64,000 bases of DNA, taken from the human T2T-CHM13v2.0 reference genome, Homo sapiens. The stretch lies in NCBI RefSeq assembly GCF_009914755.1, contig NC_060937.1; one strand, written 5' to 3'. A program made the translations under genes and the position numbers. The notes beneath the pieces were generated by a model that saw only the letters and a program-made list of their open reading frames with translations, was not told the origin of the DNA and ran no database searches. Below, in pieces: positions 62,930 to 64,000 of this stretch (the stretch's first letter is position 1; each line of letters begins with the position of its first letter).

Positions 62930-63600
62930 CTTGCAGTGGGGAGAACAGGAACTATTCAGAAGACCACAGGAAGCATATAGGATTCCGAAGTTCAGCGATT
63001 ATTAGCTGTGGGGAGCTGGAGAAGGTAGGTCTCATTGGAATGGCGAGAGTTGAGCAACATATTAAAGGAAATAATGAATTTAGCCATGCAGATGTTTGGA
63101 AGAAGAGTGCTCAAGGTAGAGTGAATAGACAGTACAAGTATCCTAAGGCCAGGCTGTGCTGTCCTGTTTGAGGAACATTTACAAAGCCAGTGTGGCTAGA
63201 GCAGATTGGGTGAGACGGGAGTTTTGTAGAGATGAGCAAAGTGATGTAATGGGGTCAGAACATGTAAGGCACTGCAGGCCATTGTGATGACCTTGTCTTT
63301 GCCCCAAATAAAATGGGGTATTATTTTGGGGTTTTGAGCAGCAGCATGAGACAATCTGACTTATCTTTAAAGAAAACTGTTAGCATTGTTTTTAAGAGAC
63401 AGGTTCTCACTCTGTCACTCACCCTAATCCTCAAACTCTTGACTTCAAGCATTCCTCCTGCCTCAGCCACCAGAATTGCTGGGATAGCAAGTGCAAGGCA
63501 TTATGCCTGGCTTCTTGTTTTTTAGAATAGAATTACAAGAAGGAAAAAGTAAAAGCAGGGAACAAGTTTGGAGACTATCTCAATCATATATGCATTGAAG
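62930..63600 (-). mobile_element. L2 fragment containing a FLAM monomer
   Basis: TTAGCCATGCAGATGTTTGGAAGAAGAG..AGCCAGTGTGGCTAGAGCAGA..GGGGTTTTGAGCAG. Confidence 0.75.
63388..63512 (-). mobile_element. FLAM (Alu monomer)
   Basis: AGAGACAGGTTCTCACTCTGTC..CTCAAACTCTTGACTTCAAGC.TTCCTCCTGCCTCAGCC..GCTGGGAT..ATGCCTGGC. Confidence 0.85.
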
Positions 63601-63607
63601 AAGCTGA

Positions 63608-64000
<393 letters not shown>

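Overview
AT-rich (roughly 35% GC by eye) primate nuclear DNA, very probably human: it carries Alu J/S SINEs and THE1/MST LTRs alongside older mammalian L1M, L2, MIR, MLT1 and MER/Tigger elements. I cannot support any protein-coding exon, tRNA, rRNA, snRNA or CRISPR array. The supplied ORFs are chance ORFs or repeat-derived. The window reads as a large intron or gene desert: nested retroelements (densest at 34-47 kb) are separated by repeat-poor unique stretches with a few motif or CpG clusters and possible non-coding exons on the + strand. I did not find a convincing new biological system. The best curiosities are a ~24-nt Alu stub with a perfect 13-bp TSD (6.5 kb), an old 5'-inverted (twin-primed) L1MA (42.4-45.1 kb), a MYC-like G-quadruplex inserted in an Alu (63.95 kb), a CpG micro-island (27.3-27.5 kb), a compact CCAAT/GC-box/ETS module (14.1 kb) and a nested ~107-bp hairpin (3.2 kb). 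Repeat subfamily calls come from recalled consensus sequences and boundaries of old elements are approximate.
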